IMG/VR virus record: IMGVR_UViG_3300022745_000020
Coordinates: 1-64,000 of that record
DNA length: 64,000 bases
Reading direction: 5' to 3' (one strand)
Source: a virus
Within the stretch, counting starts at the first letter, position 1; every line of letters begins with the position of its first letter. A program made the translations under genes and the position numbers. Positions 28,292 to 38,173 of this stretch are shown here, in pieces. The notes under the pieces are model-generated. The model had not been told where the DNA came from. It made no database searches and saw nothing but the letters and a program-made list of their open reading frames with translations.

Positions 28292-28953
28292 CAACAAAAG
28301 TCATAACTTGTCCCAACTATACCACCCCTCAGACCTGGGTGGATCTGTTCGATGAGATGTGCATGGTGAAATTGTTTATCTCTGAGCATGGTTGGCCCAG
28401 TGACATGACTGCCCATCAGCGAGGTACTGTGACATTTCTGCTGTTGAAAATCCACAAAGCCTTGACAGTCGGCCCAGTATTGCGCTTGCGTCAACACAAG
28501 GCTCTCACAGAGCTTGAAGAGTTGGCTCTGAGTAAACTGGACCTCATCACCAAAGTACCCCACTGGCATCAGCTTCAGCCGATGTTCAAGAAAGCTGGAT
28601 CGACTTGGGTCCATGGGTTGAATAAACCCACTTGGGTGCTCAGTGTAGGGGCTCAAGACTCAATCGACTGCGAAGTGGATCTGTACGACGCTGTCTGTGG
28701 GTGCTCACGCATCCATGTCATCAGTGCTGGGGGTTTTACTCTGGAATCGACATCTTTAGATACATCGGTTACAGGTACACCTTTGGTGCTGCGACGGGGA
28801 CAGGATCCATCCGACTACAATAACATCTATACTGGAGAGGGTCGCTGCGTGGAGATATCCATCGAATTTTTGCAAGACACCACCTGCATCATCGCTCTCA
28901 CCCCGCCGATTCACCAATGGCTCAACGAAGTCAAAACCCCTCGTGGGGTGTGA
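28288..28953 (+). CDS. Hypothetical protein
   Basis: AGGAG SD, ATGA overlap. Confidence 0.7.
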   Translation: MTTKVITCPNYTTPQTWVDLFDEMCMVKLFISEHGWPSDMTAHQRGTVTFLLLKIHKALTVGPVLRLRQHKALTELEELALSKLDLITKVPHWHQLQPMFKKAGSTWVHGLNKPTWVLSVGAQDSIDCEVDLYDAVCGCSRIHVISAGGFTLESTSLDTSVTGTPLVLRRGQDPSDYNNIYTGEGRCVEISIEFLQDTTCIIALTPPIHQWLNEVKTPRGV

Positions 28954-28959
28954 TCAGTA

Positions 28960-29382
28960 ATGAGTTCACCTGCATTCACCCACGTCCTCACTTCACTCAC
29001 AGTCACGAAAGGAGAGTCAAGTATGCCATACAACGACCGCCCCATCCCTGAGGCATTCCAGTGCCGCAGGCAAGACCCACCACCACCCAGACCACCCAAG
29101 CCAAAGGCTCCCCCGCTCATCTCCAATAGAGCGAAAGTCTTCTTGATGAGTGCTGCTGTGATCGGACTGGTGCTTCACCCGGCTGAGAAGCCCAAACCCC
29201 CTGAGCCGCAAAAGAAGCAGGAGGTGAACTACGCCAAGGACTTCGGTAGTCCCGACTATACAGCCGCTCAACTCAAGGAAGTTCGCTTCCATGGATCAGA
29301 TGGTGTGGTTAAGATCGTGGATACGCCCTGTATCCCATATATCGATATCACTGAGACGTACAAAGCTCAACTGGGGAATTGA
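28960..29382 (+). CDS. Hypothetical Pro-rich membrane-anchored protein
   Basis: Central hydrophobic stretch flanked by Pro-rich segments. Likely start is ATG 29023 (AAGGAG SD). Confidence 0.65.
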   Translation: MSSPAFTHVLTSLTVTKGESSMPYNDRPIPEAFQCRRQDPPPPRPPKPKAPPLISNRAKVFLMSAAVIGLVLHPAEKPKPPEPQKKQEVNYAKDFGSPDYTAAQLKEVRFHGSDGVVKIVDTPCIPYIDITETYKAQLGN

Positions 29383-29385
29383 AAC

Positions 29386-29742
29386 ATGATCTCTCTGACT
29401 GAGACAGTCAAGTCAGTGGCCTCCGGCTGTGCTGTGGGCATCGAGAAGGTGACCAAGCGTGTGCGTCGCACCACTCGACGCATCCGACATCGCCCGAGCA
29501 CTTATGTACCAGCTGCGGTGGGTATGGCTGTGGGTGGAGTCATCATCCTGACCACCCTTGCAGTGCGCGAGGATCCGGAAATCATCCCGCCACTGATCGA
29601 GACCAAGTCAGTGCGCACTGAGGGGCGCAACACCGTGGAGCTGATCTATCCTGATGGTACAGTCCTGACCACCCGTGGCGGTATCCGCTATGGAGTCAAG
29701 ATCCCTGAGGGCTGCAAGCAGACCTTTCGCAGTGCTTACTGA
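29386..29742 (+). CDS. Hypothetical membrane protein
   Basis: Basic patch followed by a TM helix. Confidence 0.65.
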   Translation: MISLTETVKSVASGCAVGIEKVTKRVRRTTRRIRHRPSTYVPAAVGMAVGGVIILTTLAVREDPEIIPPLIETKSVRTEGRNTVELIYPDGTVLTTRGGIRYGVKIPEGCKQTFRSAY

Positions 29743-29761
29743 GCGCTAGAGTAAAAGTACA

Positions 29762-29797
29762 CTACACCTACTGGAGATCACTCTCCAGTAGGTGTAG
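29762..29797. terminator. Intergenic palindrome (CTACAC family)
   Basis: ctacacctactggaga-tcac-tctccagtaggtgtag, then TATG and a T tract. Confidence 0.75.
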
Positions 29798-29830
29798 CTC
29801 TATGCTTTTTATTTTTTCTTTCTTCCAAAG

Positions 29831-29859
29831 ATTTACAGTCGTACATTATCTATTCGAGT
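29831..29859 (+). promoter_or_regulatory. Putative early promoter
   Basis: atttacagtcgTACATTATctattcgagt aligns with the other copies. Confidence 0.45.
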
Positions 29860-29892
29860 ATGTAATCCCCTTACATGAAACGGAGGTGATGT

Positions 29893-31458
29893 ATGTTTTT
29901 TCAAGAGACTGTAGAACTTGATTCTTGTCAAGTTCCTGCAGACAAGATGGTCCAAGCTTTTCGCAGCGATGGATTTTTATCGGAGTGCACTGTCACTGCC
30001 AAAGAGCTCGCTGAGATGCGAGCCAAGCATAAGCTCGGGCTCTCCAAGATCAAGATGGGGTTGACCGAAGACGATGCTCAGCAAATTGTTGAGAAATTCA
30101 TCGAGGACGATGAGCGACTCAACAGCCCCAACGATCCATTTTATCTGCACAGCCACTGCTCCATCGAAGAAGGTGAAGTCGAAGGAGATCGGCTCTCCGA
30201 GATCACCGTCAACGGCTATCGCCTGGTCAACGCTACAGGTAAGGTGTTGTACATCAGCTCCAGCGATGGTCAGTGCTATGAGCCCGATTACCAGCTCCAA
30301 GGTGGTGTCGTGCGCAACCGCTTGGTCGAAGCTGTGGTCATCCGCAAGGTGATGATGTATTCCACCAACTATGCGCTGGAGCAAGAGTATGCGAGTCTGA
30401 CTCGCCTCAAAGCTGCCGTGGGCTTGTGTGATTGGAAGAATAAACTCTTAGCCGCACTACACGCTCGGCATGTGGATAAGCGTATGGTTGCTTCATGGTT
30501 CAACCCCGTGAAGTACACGCTTCAGTTTGTCATAGAGCTCAAGGATCTTAAGAAGCATCCGATCATCTATGATCCCAATACAGATTTAACATTTAGTATT
30601 CATTCTAGCGCGGCGGCGGCAGACTCCCACCCCGGACATATTATCAAACGCACTCGTCAAGTAGTTAAGGCTTATCTCAAGTCTGTGGACGAAAATCAAA
30701 GTCAAGTCCTGCGAGTGGTCGTCAAGACCGCCACGGAGGATAAGTTCTACCAGCGCATCAACGACGTCATCCAGTCTGTCAAGCCTGTGGTGGATTCAGC
30801 CAGACCCAGGGTGCAAGAGACAGTAGCGGGCGAAGAGATCCTCGATGAGTATGTGGAGATCCATGTACGCGCTGCATCGAGCTATGTACTCGATGGAGCT
30901 ACCTATCGAGCCGTGGGAATCGACAATGACGTCGTGCTGCTACACCGTTACTCATTAAAAGAAGCCATGGACAAACGCATATTGTTCACCTCACCAGAGC
31001 ACGCTAAGAGCTTAGGTGACTTGGACTCCATGCGAGACCATGAGCGCACTGTGCAGCTGCAGCAGCTGGCAGCTGAGCGCGAACGTGAGAAGAACCGCTA
31101 CGAGGAAAACCTTCGGGCCATCAACGAGACCAAGGCTAAGCTAGAAGCCGAGCTCGCTCGTGAGAAGCAGGTCTCGGAGCTGCACGCGCTGAAGATGAAA
31201 GCGCAAGCCGAACAAGCCGCTCGTGAGCACGAGAAGCAAATGAATGATCTTCGCAAGCAGATGGCCGAAGATGTCCATCGCAACAGCTTGAAGGAAGAAG
31301 GTCTGAAGTTAAAGACTCAAGAGAGTAAGAGTTGGACTGAGGGGTTGAAGCTCGTAGGTGCAGTAGTTGGATTGGTCGCAGCTGGCGCTGTGGCGGTCAT
31401 CAAACTCCTGCCTAAGGCGTCATCTCTAGTAGGCCTGGCTCTGTCACTGTTTTGGTAA
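29893..31458 (+). CDS. Conserved jumbo-phage protein with C-terminal coiled coil and TM (phiKZ gp122 position)
   Basis: GGAGGT SD, E/K/Q-rich coiled coil followed by a hydrophobic tail, upstream of the RNAP subunit. Confidence 0.7.
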   Translation: MFFQETVELDSCQVPADKMVQAFRSDGFLSECTVTAKELAEMRAKHKLGLSKIKMGLTEDDAQQIVEKFIEDDERLNSPNDPFYLHSHCSIEEGEVEGDRLSEITVNGYRLVNATGKVLYISSSDGQCYEPDYQLQGGVVRNRLVEAVVIRKVMMYSTNYALEQEYASLTRLKAAVGLCDWKNKLLAALHARHVDKRMVASWFNPVKYTLQFVIELKDLKKHPIIYDPNTDLTFSIHSSAAAADSHPGHIIKRTRQVVKAYLKSVDENQSQVLRVVVKTATEDKFYQRINDVIQSVKPVVDSARPRVQETVAGEEILDEYVEIHVRAASSYVLDGATYRAVGIDNDVVLLHRYSLKEAMDKRILFTSPEHAKSLGDLDSMRDHERTVQLQQLAAEREREKNRYEENLRAINETKAKLEAELAREKQVSELHALKMKAQAEQAAREHEKQMNDLRKQMAEDVHRNSLKEEGLKLKTQESKSWTEGLKLVGAVVGLVAAGAVAVIKLLPKASSLVGLALSLFW

Positions 31459-31530
31459 CCCCCATCGGTGAGTGATACCTCACCTTAATCAATGCCCTAG
31501 TCCTAGGGTTTTCATTCAGGAGTGCACATC

Positions 31531-31845
31531 ATGTTCAAGACCCTGTCTCAGTATTCCCGTGAATTCGGTATCGCCGCATCATTCACATTGGTCAGTATCC
31601 CCGCAGTGCTTATGCTGGGCTATGATGTCAATGGGGCGTTCAGTCGAGTGCAGACGTCTCAAGCCATCCAAACTCTGAGTGGGCACGGCTGGACTGTGAT
31701 TTCCAATGAAAAAGAAGATCGCCACTCTCTGGTGCAGACTGTGGAGGGTTGTCGAGTTCACTTTGAGTTGCGTAGCTGGCGCGCGCCGCTCTCGGGGACT
31801 TGGCACACCACCATAGCAGATCACTGGAGCGATTGTGATCAATGA
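31531..31845 (+). CDS. Hypothetical membrane-anchored protein
   Basis: AGGAG SD, N-terminal TM helix. Confidence 0.6.
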   Translation: MFKTLSQYSREFGIAASFTLVSIPAVLMLGYDVNGAFSRVQTSQAIQTLSGHGWTVISNEKEDRHSLVQTVEGCRVHFELRSWRAPLSGTWHTTIADHWSDCDQ

Positions 31846-31944
31846 GTGAGTGAGTATATTCACCCAGATGTTTAAGCTGTCCATCTGGGTGAATAATCAC
31901 ACTAATCATATATTTTGTGCAACAACAACACGAAGGAGTACCGC

Positions 31945-33627
31945 ATGTTTCATGAGGATCTCAGAGCTGCAGTGGCTGAAGATACCCCTCAGGTCAATCC
32001 ACTCATCGGCAACGGGTTGATCACCGCACACATCAAACAAGGGCTGGCTTACCTCGATAGTGTCTGGCGTGAAGTGGCTCAATCATTTCCACCAGGCTTG
32101 AAGTACATGGGCTGTCGTGAGCTCACTCCTTTGGAGGAGTTTGCTTTGCGCACACGTCGCACGAGCTCTCGCCCACCTCAGATCGATCTGGCTCGCTGTG
32201 ATTTGCGCATGGTGAGGTTTGATCTGACCTATAATGGTGCACCGCTCGATCCTGTGCATCTGCAAGTGCCTTTCTTTGGCGCCGGTGGGTCGTTTCATCT
32301 GTCGGGATCTTTGTATCAGTACAGCCCTATCTTGGCTGACCGTGTCATCAGCGTCAACCGCAACGGCATCTTCGTCAAGTTGTTGCAAACGAAGATCATT
32401 TTTCATCGAGTCATCTACTACTACAACACCAACAACCCAGGTAAATCTCAAGAGATCATGCCTGTGGTGTGGGGGCGTATATGGAACGGCAGTCTGGACA
32501 AGCCCACTGGAGCCACCAAGGTCAACGGACACTCCACGATCGCCCATTACCTCTTTGCTCAGTTTGGAGTCAAGGAGACGTTCAAGCGCTTTGCCGATGC
32601 TGATGTGGTCTACGGAGATGCCAATCAAATCAACGAGAGTAACTACCCCCGAGACAAGTGGATCATCTGCACCAGTGCGAATGTACAAATCGGTGGCAGA
32701 CGCCGCAAGCACGTAGAGCCCAACGAACTGCATGTGGCAGTACTGCGCAGTCAATACACCCATCTGGTCAAGACCCTGATCGCTGGTATCTTCTACGTCA
32801 CCGATCGATTCACCTATCGACGCGATTACATGCGCATCGAGAACAAAGATCGCTGGCGTGTCATGCTTGGGGTATTGCTCTTCGGGCGTGATAAGAATGA
32901 AGGTGCGTTGCTGGCAGACATTGATGATCATTTGAAATCCATGGGACGCTACGTCGATGCGATCGCCACCCACAACCTGCGTAAGGTTGGCTACGAGATC
33001 ACAGACATCTACGAGCTGTTCATCCTGATCTTAAATCGCATCGATGCTTGGATCATTGAGGGCGATAGCTCCAGCAGTTCATTGTACAAGAAAGAGTTCT
33101 CGACTCTATACAACTTGTACTTCAATATCACATCGGCGATCTTCCACTTTCTGTTTGAGTTGGAAAAGCAGCAGCGTCGCACGGGACTGTCAGAAAGACA
33201 TATTAACGAGCAGCTGCGTGCGGTGATCAAACCTGGACTCATCTTTGCCCTCAAGAGCGGACATGGTGAGGTGTGGGTATCTGACTATGTGGGCTCTAAC
33301 ATGCTGCTCAAATGCACGAGCATCATCACCCCCCAGCACAAAGCCACTCAGGGCGGTAGATCCTCACCGACTACAGATCCAGCTCGCAGATTGGATAAAT
33401 CCCATCTGGAGGTCTACCCTGTAGCTGGTATGACCAAGGCAGAACCCATGGGTGGGACTCGCATCAATCCTTTTTTGAATATCTCCGAGGACGGCACCAT
33501 CAATCGCAATCGAGATCTGGCTGCTCTGGTGGATTATGCAGGAGAGATGTTCGCTCACAATCAAATTCAATCCTATCGTCCTCATGAGGACGATGACGAA
33601 GACGACCGCCTGGAGATCGATGATTAA
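31945..33627 (+). CDS. Non-virion RNA polymerase beta-like subunit (phiKZ gp123-like)
   Basis: P..NP.I..GL, FP.GLKY.G....TP.EE, DLA..D, SP.L.DRVIS, HYL...FG..E.F, K..P.G..RINPF, syntenic with capsid and portal. Confidence 0.8.
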   Translation: MFHEDLRAAVAEDTPQVNPLIGNGLITAHIKQGLAYLDSVWREVAQSFPPGLKYMGCRELTPLEEFALRTRRTSSRPPQIDLARCDLRMVRFDLTYNGAPLDPVHLQVPFFGAGGSFHLSGSLYQYSPILADRVISVNRNGIFVKLLQTKIIFHRVIYYYNTNNPGKSQEIMPVVWGRIWNGSLDKPTGATKVNGHSTIAHYLFAQFGVKETFKRFADADVVYGDANQINESNYPRDKWIICTSANVQIGGRRRKHVEPNELHVAVLRSQYTHLVKTLIAGIFYVTDRFTYRRDYMRIENKDRWRVMLGVLLFGRDKNEGALLADIDDHLKSMGRYVDAIATHNLRKVGYEITDIYELFILILNRIDAWIIEGDSSSSSLYKKEFSTLYNLYFNITSAIFHFLFELEKQQRRTGLSERHINEQLRAVIKPGLIFALKSGHGEVWVSDYVGSNMLLKCTSIITPQHKATQGGRSSPTTDPARRLDKSHLEVYPVAGMTKAEPMGGTRINPFLNISEDGTINRNRDLAALVDYAGEMFAHNQIQSYRPHEDDDEDDRLEIDD

Positions 33628-33637
33628 TTCATCGACA

Positions 33638-33664
33638 GCACAGTCATATATCATCAGGTAAGTC
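33638..33664 (+). promoter_or_regulatory. Putative early promoter
   Basis: cagtcaTATATCATcaggtaagt, core at 33647. Confidence 0.5.
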
Positions 33665-33686
33665 ACAACTTAAAGAGGTATCTACC

Positions 33687-35096
33687 ATGCAGCAACAAGA
33701 CAGCATCACCTCCGTAGCAGCTTACCTGGTGAGTAAATACCAGAAGCTCTTACGTGATCATCCTCAACTGGCTGAGCAGATGTGCATATCTTTGCAGTCA
33801 GCTCACGACAGCCCCGTCATGGGACCGCCTGCCTATACATTCAAAGACGCATGTGTATGTGTCGATGAGGTAGGTATCCTCGCCTGGGTGAGCAGTCAGT
33901 GGCCCCGATTGAGCACAGTACAATCTGCCAGAGATCTGCTCATGGACAGGCCCCTGTCTCAACACGATCAACTACTCACAGCCCAACACCAGTTCGATAT
34001 GGCCACAGGCGAGACACTGTGCCGAGGCCCAGAGGTGGTCATCCCACTGACCCTCAGTGAGATGCAAGATCCCTTCACACGCGTACTGCAGAGCTGGTCT
34101 GATTTCTCCATACAGTTTCACAACGAGGCCCTATGGGCCCATCCCATCGTCATCTATGCGCACTATAGCCACAGTGCACCTCAGCTCAGTGTACTGGCGG
34201 CTTTGCCCCATCACCTGCGACAGCTCATCAGTGACATGATCGTCAACGTGATGACCACCAAGATCGCCATCGGGCAAATCGACGATGAGTACATCATGCA
34301 GCAGTATGATCGCTACAAGTACACCGATGTTAATTGCCCCTATCCCATCAATCGCATCATGAGATCCTGGCTCAAAAGTCAGCCCGGACATAACCATCGC
34401 CTTATCTGTGAGCTCAGTGCTCTGATGTGGATGTACTACATGAGTAACCCCCACACCTGGGGGAGCTATGTGAACAGTTGTGATGATTACAAGCGCTCTC
34501 AGGCGATAGCCTCCAGAGCCGTTTATACGGCCTATACGGCGTTTTCTCACGAGTACCTAAGGGTGTACCCTCAGCTGATGATTTTAATCTCCCATACGAA
34601 CACCCTAGAACAAATCCAAATGGAGCACGAGCTGTTCCATGAGGATTTTAATATGGCGTGGAGGTGGCTGTTACAAGCAGCCAAGGGAGATGTCAGCTCG
34701 GTCGTGGCAAACTACCAAGACAGATTCGTCTATGGCTACTCACCTGTAAATGGAGCACTCGTCAGTGTAGAGGATCTGGCTCAAGCCGGATGTGATATCG
34801 GATACTTGAAGAATTCGCAGCACCTTGCTCTGCTGATTAACACAGCGCGCACACCCAGAGTGGATGCGCTTCGAGCTGAAGAGCTACCGAGCTACACCAT
34901 CGAAGGGGTGAAGTACATCTGCTCGGCCCCACGCATGGTGAGCCATGAGGATCAACTGAGGTTTCAATCCGGCTCCCACCGCACACCCCCACATCTGATC
35001 CATCAGAGGGATCCAGATTCAGCTTATCCTCAAATTGACGATATCTATGCGAGATATCGTCAGATGTCATTGAACGGACAGATCTACCCGAATTGA
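33687..35096 (+). CDS. Hypothetical protein
   Basis: 469-aa ORF, GAGGT SD. Confidence 0.75.
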   Translation: MQQQDSITSVAAYLVSKYQKLLRDHPQLAEQMCISLQSAHDSPVMGPPAYTFKDACVCVDEVGILAWVSSQWPRLSTVQSARDLLMDRPLSQHDQLLTAQHQFDMATGETLCRGPEVVIPLTLSEMQDPFTRVLQSWSDFSIQFHNEALWAHPIVIYAHYSHSAPQLSVLAALPHHLRQLISDMIVNVMTTKIAIGQIDDEYIMQQYDRYKYTDVNCPYPINRIMRSWLKSQPGHNHRLICELSALMWMYYMSNPHTWGSYVNSCDDYKRSQAIASRAVYTAYTAFSHEYLRVYPQLMILISHTNTLEQIQMEHELFHEDFNMAWRWLLQAAKGDVSSVVANYQDRFVYGYSPVNGALVSVEDLAQAGCDIGYLKNSQHLALLINTARTPRVDALRAEELPSYTIEGVKYICSAPRMVSHEDQLRFQSGSHRTPPHLIHQRDPDSAYPQIDDIYARYRQMSLNGQIYPN

Positions 35097-35124
35097 ATTG
35101 TTACGCGAAAAGGAGAATCTCAAC

Positions 35125-37962
35125 ATGAACCCGAACCAACACTTTCAAGGCACGCAATTTCCTACTACCAACGAGTGGGCTCGCAACACCTCCAACGCGC
35201 TGTTCGGTGGATCGCCCGCAGTCAATGCTCAGCGCCAAGCGCACCTGCGCTATCGCTACGCCAGCTTGGTGTTGTACAGTCATGATGGACAACCCATCCA
35301 GCTCAACATCTTGCCCCAATACATCGAACAGCTCAAGATGCAGCAGCGTCAGTTTGCTGCTCAAGGTGCTTACTTCAAGATCATCTTGAGTAACAGCTTC
35401 ATCGATGTACTGTTCAACGACATCTTCCTGAGCTCAGATGGCAGCCCAATGGCCAGTGTGATGATGGTATCACCTCAGATTGACGGTCATCCCTCACTGC
35501 AGCAATCCCTGATCGGCAACAATCGGGAAGAAGTGCCCGCTTTCTTGCTGCCTCAAATTCCCTTCAATGGCTACGCCACTGGTGCTCAGCCACCCATCCT
35601 ACCCGATCGCCAACCCGCTTTTGCCAGCGGATACAATAACGCCCCAACGGGTCTGCGCTCCACGCCTCAGACTCCTGCTTTCGGTGATCACCTGAATATG
35701 GCAGCTCAAGCACCCGCAGGCAAACCCACCCAGTGGCGATATGCATCGACGCGTACAGAGTTCTTGCAAAGCCCCAGTGGGACTTTGTTCGATGATGGCC
35801 TCGCGGTGTTTATGATCGACGACACCCACACGGAAGTCTGTATCGGATCCACTGGTACTCGCCCCTCCAAGGCGCTGGCAAAGAAGTATCTCCAACCCAC
35901 TCAAGTGGAGATCACTGAGGAGCCTCGCACACTCGCTTCCGAGAAGGTGGCGATGGTCGAAGAAGTGACCCCCACTGCTGCTGTGACCCAGCCCAAGGAG
36001 CATGAGTATCGCCACCCGCTACACTACCCTGATCCAGTCGAGCGAGGCTACTACCTCGAGCGCGAATGGGTGAGTGCGCATGGCGGTGCTGAGAACCCAG
36101 TGGTCGCCATCGATAACATCACTCAACGTGATATCACTCTCGATCAGCTCTGCGGCTATAAGAGCTACTTGAAAGATGGCTCCTCGTTTACTTGGAAGTT
36201 CAATGGGGCTACGCGCACTCAACAAGAGCGCTGGAAGACCCAGTATCGAGCCGCCAGGTATTGGTGCGATCGAGAAGTCCCCGATCTACCCACCCATGAA
36301 GTCAAGGAAGAAGTCACTGAGATCACCCCTGTGCAAGCGCCAGTGCAACGAGGTGGTGTCAAGGATGTCTCTACTCGACTCAATAATCTGCTCAATAATC
36401 GCAGTAACGCCAGCACTGTGAAGTTGAGTGATGTATCCCCCGATGAGGATCTGCCCGCTGTGGCTATCCCCATCAGCATCGAGCCTGTCAGCTCCGCTGC
36501 ACCGGTCGTTGATGACGAGGTCGATATCGCCGATGGTGAGACGTTCCTTGGTGAGGATATCGCTGAGAATGTCTCCATTGAAGGAGATGGCGACAGCGAG
36601 TTTCAGATCTGTGTGCACGATGTGTTCAAGCAGCACAGTGGCATCGGACTGCCAGCTCCGGCGATCCCCTGGTCTCAGCGTCTGCGACTGGTCAAGGCCC
36701 GCCGTGATGGCAACCGCATGTGGTTGGTGGTCGACCGTGAAGAAGGTGAAACCATCCCAGCTGCATCGTTCGCTAAAGATCTCAAGGTCAACACCGATGA
36801 GGTCATTGCTAATTTGAAGGCCAATCCAGAGGGGGCCAGTGTGATCGGTGCTCCTGATATCTCAGTGTCTCTGACCATCTTGGATATCGCTGGAGAGGTC
36901 GTCGATTCTGGCCCTGTGTTTGATGAGATATCTGCATTAGGTACCGACAACATCGATGCCATGCAGCAAGTCGCGCAGGAAAACGGACTCGATATCTCCT
37001 ACAGCTATCTATTCACGCCATCATCCGATCAATCCAGCGAGATCCCGGTGTGCGCCAGCATCGCTCAAGCTGTCTATGGTCTGCAAAGTGATGAAAATCT
37101 CACCTCCACTGTCAATCATTCAGATGCAGATCGCTACTATCATCCGCTGAGCGCGATGATGTGTGACATCTACAAAGTCGTGGGCGATGCAGATTTCGGC
37201 AAGTTCCTCACCTGGGTACGTAAAGAAGCTGATATCGCTACAGGCCCGATTGACCCCATCGAGTTCAGCCGGTGGATGAAGGGATGCTCCGATCGAGCAG
37301 CTGCAAATCAATCCGATAAGAAGTTTCGCCTCTTTGGCCAACTCTGTGACAGTGAGAAGCGCAATATCAAGAACCTGCGATACATCTCACTGCTCAACAC
37401 CATGGTCACTCAGCTCATCAACCGTGCTCTGCGCCAGCAGTACGGCCTGAGTCTGAGTGTCGTGAACTACGTTGAAGACATCGCGCAGCTGCGCAGTGAG
37501 ATCTTCGAAGCCAGTGAAGCGCTCACGGCTTCTTGGATTAAGACCGAGTCTGACATCATCGAGCAGCTCATGGCTGATCTGATCCCAGCTTCAGACTACG
37601 TTAAGCAAAATGAGGCGTTCACTGACATCCCTCACAATGAAGGTGATGTGCTGTACATGCGCTCCACACTCGTGCTGTCTCTGGCAGCTCGCTATCAAGA
37701 CCTGGATATCCAGCTCGACACAGCTGGACAAGCTCGTTCCATCCCACAACAGTGCAACGAACTCACCAGCGTGGTACTCGAGCAAATCGATGAAATCCTC
37801 AAGGCGTATGACATGGATTACATGTCTACGCCGCTGCAAAAACTCGACATCTACCTCGCACTCGTCGATGGTGTGTGCATCCGTTTGAACATCCATCCGT
37901 CCATGACCAACGTCGGACGCGATCAGACCCGCTGGATGGCCAGCTTGGTCGATATCATCTAA
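35125..37962 (+). CDS. Large hypothetical protein (acidic, low-complexity middle)
   Basis: AAGGAG SD before ATG 35125. Occupies the slot between the RNAP subunit and the portal. Confidence 0.8.
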   Translation: MNPNQHFQGTQFPTTNEWARNTSNALFGGSPAVNAQRQAHLRYRYASLVLYSHDGQPIQLNILPQYIEQLKMQQRQFAAQGAYFKIILSNSFIDVLFNDIFLSSDGSPMASVMMVSPQIDGHPSLQQSLIGNNREEVPAFLLPQIPFNGYATGAQPPILPDRQPAFASGYNNAPTGLRSTPQTPAFGDHLNMAAQAPAGKPTQWRYASTRTEFLQSPSGTLFDDGLAVFMIDDTHTEVCIGSTGTRPSKALAKKYLQPTQVEITEEPRTLASEKVAMVEEVTPTAAVTQPKEHEYRHPLHYPDPVERGYYLEREWVSAHGGAENPVVAIDNITQRDITLDQLCGYKSYLKDGSSFTWKFNGATRTQQERWKTQYRAARYWCDREVPDLPTHEVKEEVTEITPVQAPVQRGGVKDVSTRLNNLLNNRSNASTVKLSDVSPDEDLPAVAIPISIEPVSSAAPVVDDEVDIADGETFLGEDIAENVSIEGDGDSEFQICVHDVFKQHSGIGLPAPAIPWSQRLRLVKARRDGNRMWLVVDREEGETIPAASFAKDLKVNTDEVIANLKANPEGASVIGAPDISVSLTILDIAGEVVDSGPVFDEISALGTDNIDAMQQVAQENGLDISYSYLFTPSSDQSSEIPVCASIAQAVYGLQSDENLTSTVNHSDADRYYHPLSAMMCDIYKVVGDADFGKFLTWVRKEADIATGPIDPIEFSRWMKGCSDRAAANQSDKKFRLFGQLCDSEKRNIKNLRYISLLNTMVTQLINRALRQQYGLSLSVVNYVEDIAQLRSEIFEASEALTASWIKTESDIIEQLMADLIPASDYVKQNEAFTDIPHNEGDVLYMRSTLVLSLAARYQDLDIQLDTAGQARSIPQQCNELTSVVLEQIDEILKAYDMDYMSTPLQKLDIYLALVDGVCIRLNIHPSMTNVGRDQTRWMASLVDII

Positions 37963-38110
37963 GTCAGTATCCCCATACAACCCGCCTAAAGTACAGAATA
38001 GGAGTAAAGTATACAACCCCCTCAGACTACAAAAGAGTCTGAGGGATCCACCTCAACATAACTAACCGGATATGGACGCATGAGCCTATCCACTGACATA
38101 CAGCACAGCA

Positions 38111-38148
38111 CCTACACCACCTGAGGATGATACCTCAGGTGGTGTAGG
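38111..38148. terminator. Bidirectional terminator palindrome (CTACAC family)
   Basis: cctacaccacctgagg-atgata-cctcaggtggtgtagg between convergent genes, T tract. A second hairpin lies at 38019-38045. Confidence 0.8.
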
Positions 38149-38173
38149 GCTGTACTCTTTTTTTTTGATTTAT

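Noticed and set aside
32083-32973. 296-aa antisense ORF in the RNAP subunit and similar shadow ORFs in the fibre genes
   Set aside because: They fully overlap well-supported genes on the opposite strand and are explained by codon bias.
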